DNA of 64,000 bases from Raillietiella orientalis (lineage: Eukaryota), in assembly GCA_036172245.1 (NCBI GenBank), contig JAYWIR010000055.1, forward strand, positions 496,001 to 560,000, written 5' to 3'. Within the stretch, counting starts at the first letter, position 1; every line of letters starts with the position of its first letter. Both the position numbers and the translations under genes were made by a program. Below the pieces are notes generated by a model. It was not told the DNA's origin. It ran no database searches and saw nothing but the letters and a program-made list of their open reading frames with translations. Of the stretch, positions 59,080-64,000 are shown piece by piece.

Positions 59080-60820
59080 CACCGGGTTCTTGGTCGGTGG
59101 TGACCGTGATCTCTGCGGTAAGACTCTGGCAGAGAAGTAGAACTGTGTGCTCGGCCTTGGAAACCTTTTTCCGGAAAGTCACGTTGGGATCAGCAAACTG
59201 ATAACACTGGAACCTTCCACCGTGGTCTCGCTCACCCTCCGCCCTACCAAGGGTCGTCTGCGAGCCATTTGATCTCGATTTTAAAACAGGTCCCTAGGAA
59301 CTTCCGGCTCTTTCCTTCCTGTTCTGGTGAAACGGGTGAGGTGCCCTTCGGAGAAGAGTGCAACTTATCCCCCCAAAACCAATTCGCTTCCTCGAACAGG
59401 AAGAGCACGAGCTTATCAGAAGCTCCAAGTGGCTCGGTTGGCAATTCATACCGAGGGTCGCAACCGGTAGTGGAGGCGAACTTGGCGTTCTCCACGTGGC
59501 TCCAAAGTCCGCTCACTCGTCATCGGGCGCGCCGCCATGTCGGCGTCGATCACACGATCGCAACCTCGGAAAAAACGCGATCCGTGGCACTGCTTTGGAT
59601 GCCCGCGGCACCGAGCAGTCGTTGTGTGAAACGGTGAACAAGCAGCGCGATGAAACTGAGATGAAGCCCACTACTGGGTGGGTGTTTGCATCTTGGCTGA
59701 AGAACTCAACAGCCGTCGGAGGCAGCGAAGAGATCGCAGGTAATCATCAGTTGACGGACCTCGGCAAGGAATCAGCACAGAAAGAAATGTTTCCATCCGC
59801 TGCATCAAGCGGCAAATCGAACGTTTCCATGGTGACCTCTCGGAGGGAACGTCTGGAGTCGAGGTGTGCAGCAAACGAATCCGCGACGCATTCACCGCAG
59901 ACAGCTGGTTCGAGCTACCGACTTTGCCGGATGCTTCCGCTGTGGAACCTTCCGGTCCGATGTGCCCTGCTGAAGAAGCGAATGCGGAACCGACTCGACG
60001 ACTCCACGGCGGTCTGAAAAGGCTTCGTGTCCGAAAGAACCTCCAGCTGGTTCAGGCGACACAGCAGCAGCATTCGTACCCTTCGGACTTTAGGGGAGCC
60101 GTGTGCCTGCTCACGGCACCGCAGACCCCAAGAGCAAAATCGCTCTGCTCAGAGAAGGAAGACCACGTCCAGCGCGGGGCTCCATGAACGGCCACCAGAC
60201 GACTTCCTCACCGGCGACAGACACATGAAGGTTTCCGACGTTTGATCCACGCATCCACCTTGAATCTTCTCGGGAGCCAGGAGCCTCTGGAAGCGAGGTG
60301 GGACATCGTTCCCCTAGGCTGCACCGGGCGCGGGACCAGACCTTGCTGCAAACGCGTGCGAATCTCCCGTCTCTGTGCAGAAAGGCGGCATGGTGCCCTG
60401 ATTGACCGAATGAAGAAAAGCAGCCCTCAGGTGGAAGAAGTTGATCTCCGGTTTCTAGCCTGGTCCCGATGTGGATTCTGCTCTTCGCTCTCTTCCAAAA
60501 GTACAACAGATCGGTGATGCTAAACTGTTGCTGAAGACAGGGCAGCAGCGTTGAGGACCTTTCGGGAAGAAGTCAGAGACCCAGATGATGCCCTTCAGGC
60601 GTTGGCTTCCCTCAGACGGCTGGAGCCCGTCGAAGCGGAAGGGAAAAGGGGAGTCCCATCCGGTAAAGCATCTCAGCTACTTTCAGCCACTCTCGCCGTG
60701 GCTCAGAGAGGCAGAAAAAACCGCACCGTCCTTTCCGGCGAAGAAGGGGGCACCGAGGGTTTTCACGCGGATTTGCCGGAGCATTTATTACACAAAATAA
60801 GAAAAACACATTTTTGGTAG
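59080..60820 (+). pseudogene. Second probable decayed NACHT-NTPase (NLR-like) relic
   Basis: FLVGGDRD (Walker B-like), VLGLGNLFPESHVGIS (cf. LxxGxLLPxAxxLITxR), RFLEQ...FIPRV, NLGKNAIRG (cf. LGKLAxxG), KESAQKEMFPSAA (cf. HxSxQEFxAA) in the expected order across frameshifts. Downstream extent uncertain. Confidence 0.35.
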
Positions 60821-61443
60821 AACACTTGGTTTTACCACGTACAACAGCGAACAAAAAAAGTCGCCCATTTGTCCCTCGGGGTCAGATGCGGGGACACGGG
60901 GGGAAGAAAAAAACGGAACAAAAATAAGCAGAAAAGTAATGTAGAAAAAAAAAAAAATGTTTGTTCGAGCGACGGTGATCCCCGAGGCAGAGGAAGAGCG
61001 TGGCCATCGTCGTCCCGGAGCGCCGCCTGCATGTGAAGGGGAGGGGAAGTGTCCCCATCCGGGAGGTCAAGTTCAAGGGAACCTTTGGGCGGTCGCAGGC
61101 GGACTGGCCCGACATCGGGTGAGCACCCCTCCTTCCCCTTTCGTGAGGAGCCTTGCCTACCAAACAGAGGCCCCCAAGAACGTGCTGAGTAGCATGGGGT
61201 CGGTCCATCCCATCCCCTATTTATTTGCTTTTTGATTGTCCCTCCCGTTCCACTCCCTTCCCCACGGTTGTCCCCTCTTGGAGCGACGCGCGTTGGTCCT
61301 TCTTTCAGGTGGGTGCGGCACAATCGACCGTGCTCAGCAGCCATTCGAACGGCCGCCGAAGTGCCCATTCGGTAGATGCATTCGGGACACGGTTGCCCGG
61401 GATGAGAGGTCGAAGCGAAACGCTCCCAGATCATGGAGCCGGA

Positions 61444-61535
61444 ATCCATCCATCCATCTATCTATCCGTCCACCCATCTATCCTTTCATCCGTCTATCAA
61501 TCCATTTATCCATCCATACACCTGCCTATCCACCT
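61444..61535. repeat. Degenerate (ATCC/ATCT)n tetranucleotide repeat
   Basis: atccatccatccatctatctatccgtccacccatctatcc... Confidence 0.85.
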
Positions 61536-64000
61536 ACAAATGCTCCCTCTCCTCCTCCGTAGCTCCGTATCCGGCGAGGGCAGTCCCTGTGGGTGCCAGC
61601 TGATGCGTGTCGCTATGCAACGTTTACATTTATTTTGAAAGCGAATGGTCCGGTCATCCGGAAGGAGGAGGTCACCCCAAAGCCGTCTGCAAGAATGGGG
61701 CTGATTCCCTTCCATAGGGAACGAATGGGAGAGGACGCCGCCTCGCAGGTCGTCTGTGTAGAAAGACCGGAGCCGACAGGGGGCGGACCACAAGAAGAAA
61801 AAGGGAACAGAGAAGGGAGGGGAGGGAGAGAGAATCTTGAGTTCATTCGCTCCGAGCCCTCTGCAGCCTACCCCAAGGAGACGCGACTCGCTCGTGAAGA
61901 TGGCGCCATCTCGCCGCGTCCTCCGTGGGCGCAGCTGTAACGCTGGCGGTTCGCGGCGCGACGTCACCATGCCCGCAGTCGCAGACGCCCTCCCGAGACT
62001 ATCGGAGAAACGCCGCCTCCAGCAGGTCTCCCGAAGAGTCCTCGGCAGCAGAGGCCATTGCTGTCCCTCGGGGATGCAGGAGCCCAACTGGCAGCGTGGG
62101 AGTCCCCCTGAACCCCGCTGGACCTCGAAGGGGGTGGCAGATGGCCATCCTTCCGGAAGACGCACTGCCCCGGGGCACGAGAGCAAGCGGTGAGTCCCCT
62201 CGGAGGCACTGGAGGTCTTCCGCTGGTGCCCGAGCAGTCCGACCGCCCCTTCCCTGGGCGGCGGTGCTCTTCCTGCACGGGGTGAGCGGGTCCCACCACT
62301 CCACGACGAGGGCAGAAGGCGGCAATTACCCGGAGTGCCACCATGAGGCTCCCTGACGCAGAAAGCTGACGGAATGGCCCTCCCCTTTGTCCCGACGATG
62401 TCCCGTCCACCGTGGATAAGGAATCGTCCCAGTGCTCCCCGACCCTTCCCTCTCCCTAAGTCGCCCGAGAGCAGTGGCTTCCTGGCCCGCCCGACATCGT
62501 TAATCGACTAGCCGGAGGAGAGAGTGGACACTCCCTGATCCGCGGCAGTGTCCCGTACGGGCTCCGGGACGGAGTTGCAGCTTTCCCTGGAGGTCATGAG
62601 ACTGGGCCTCGCGCCCATCATCCTAAAGGGGGTGCGCGACAGGAACACTACCGGGTTCTCCCGCGGCAGCAGCGCCCGAGGCGGTGGGGACGCCGTTAGG
62701 ATTGGCAGCGGGGATGAGGGGGGAGGGGGAGGTAATGAGGAAAAGTCACTCCTACGTCGAGGGAGACCTCACCGGCGCAGCGAGCAAAGAAGCAGAAGCG
62801 ACTAGAGGTGGGCGGGACCGAGCGACCTGCCCCACCTCCCTCCGTGCCAGAGGGCACCACTGGTGGTTCCCTGTGTCCATCTGGCTTGCCACGGGGCCGA
62901 CCTCGGTCTGCACGGAAGGATGCGCCTCTGCGTCCCCTGTTCGGAGATGGAAGAGGTCAAGAAAACACGCTGCTTCCCCGAGCTTCGGATGGCTCCCTTC
63001 CTGCGCAGTCCCCGACGCTCTTTCAGAGCGAGAGAGTTCCCTCTTTTCCAACCCCGTCTCCGCTCCCCGGGAGTGTCCTCCTCCGAGAATCGGCGTGAGC
63101 GAACCGATTTCCTTTTCACCCTGAATCTCTCTCGTGCAGGTGGGAAGCCTCTCCCGCCGACTCCGCCCGAGACGGCAGGCGGCAGCAAACCCTCCCGAGC
63201 GGTACATCCTTCCTCGGTGCTGCTCTCTTTGGGTGCTCGCTCAGACTGCGCCGCCGCCTCCTTTTGCCGCGAGAGTGCTCTGCGCACCTGGCCTGAATTC
63301 CCTTCCCCGACCGGTGCGCTCTCGGACTGACCTTGGTCTCCTCTCCTGGGGGACCACACCCAGGTCCGAATCCTCCATTCTTCGCAGGACTCCTCCTTGG
63401 ACACCGGAAAGATAGGGAGATATACCGCTGCCCCACCATGAAGGAAGAGAAAGGGTCTGTCGCTGGGATTCGCTCGTTCTCCTAGAGAGACACCGGACGG
63501 AAATTTGCGCGTGGGCTTTTCCGTTTCTTCGACCGCAGGCCTCCCCCTACCCCTTTCTCCCCACCGCTGTTGGACCGCGGGGGATCTCTGTCCGTATAGG
63601 CAGAGGAAAAGGTTGTCTTGGCGGTCAGGAGCGGCAGGAGGGCTTGGCCCCGCTTGGGGGCCAAGTGCTCGTCTATCTGCAGGTACCACCCCGTAGTGGC
63701 TCCGCTGGTTTTCCTGTGGATTGCGCGGCCATCCAGAGTTCTCTCCAGCGTGCGCGTCTCGGCTCCACTTTCGCCGGCAGCAATTCGTGCCGCGAGTCCA
63801 TTGACCAAAGGGAGGAAGTCCTGGTTCTTTCCCGTCCGACCGTCCCGTGGTCGGCTGGTGGCGTCATGGGCGGAATCCGACGCCAACGCCTCGGCTGTCA
63901 TCGCTGGCTCTTGAATGGAGAGGTGATGCACGCGCGATCGCAAATGGCAACCCTGGTGTGCTCGCTGCCCGACCTTTGCAGGAAGCCCGGAAGTGGCGTC

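Noticed and set aside
62400..63700. gag-like ORF remnant (62752..63207, 62802..63689)
   Set aside because: No zinc knuckle, protease or RT motif visible; similarity too vague to call

Overview
Eukaryotic, very probably invertebrate-animal (arthropod-like) genomic DNA, not prokaryotic. Most of the window is very GC-rich, with a sharp AT-rich island at ~23.4-34.7 kb and a small one at ~57.25-57.95 kb. I reconstructed spliced genes by hand using GT-AG boundaries and frame continuity. They are: a tandem pair of stand-alone condensation/alcohol-acetyltransferase-like (HxxxDG) acyltransferase genes (+); a bicistronic-type MOCS1 locus (MOCS1A ending in [13 protein letters not shown], plus a MOCS1B exon reachable in frame by alternative splicing) (-); an XRCC1 that apparently lacks BRCT2 (-); and a 12-exon TMEM181 (-). 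Between them lie five decayed copies of one L1/Tx1-like LINE family. One copy is nested in another with a 7-bp TSD, and the family has a 3'-UTR hairpin with compensatory changes. Also present: a long tRNA-headed SINE-like repeat family, a PPP1R16/MYPT-75D-like pseudogene fragment, two probable NACHT-NTPase relics, a possible endogenous viral fragment, a mariner-like relic and several simple repeats. Most long ORFs in the supplied track are GC-driven artefacts. Family assignments rest on remembered motifs, not database searches.
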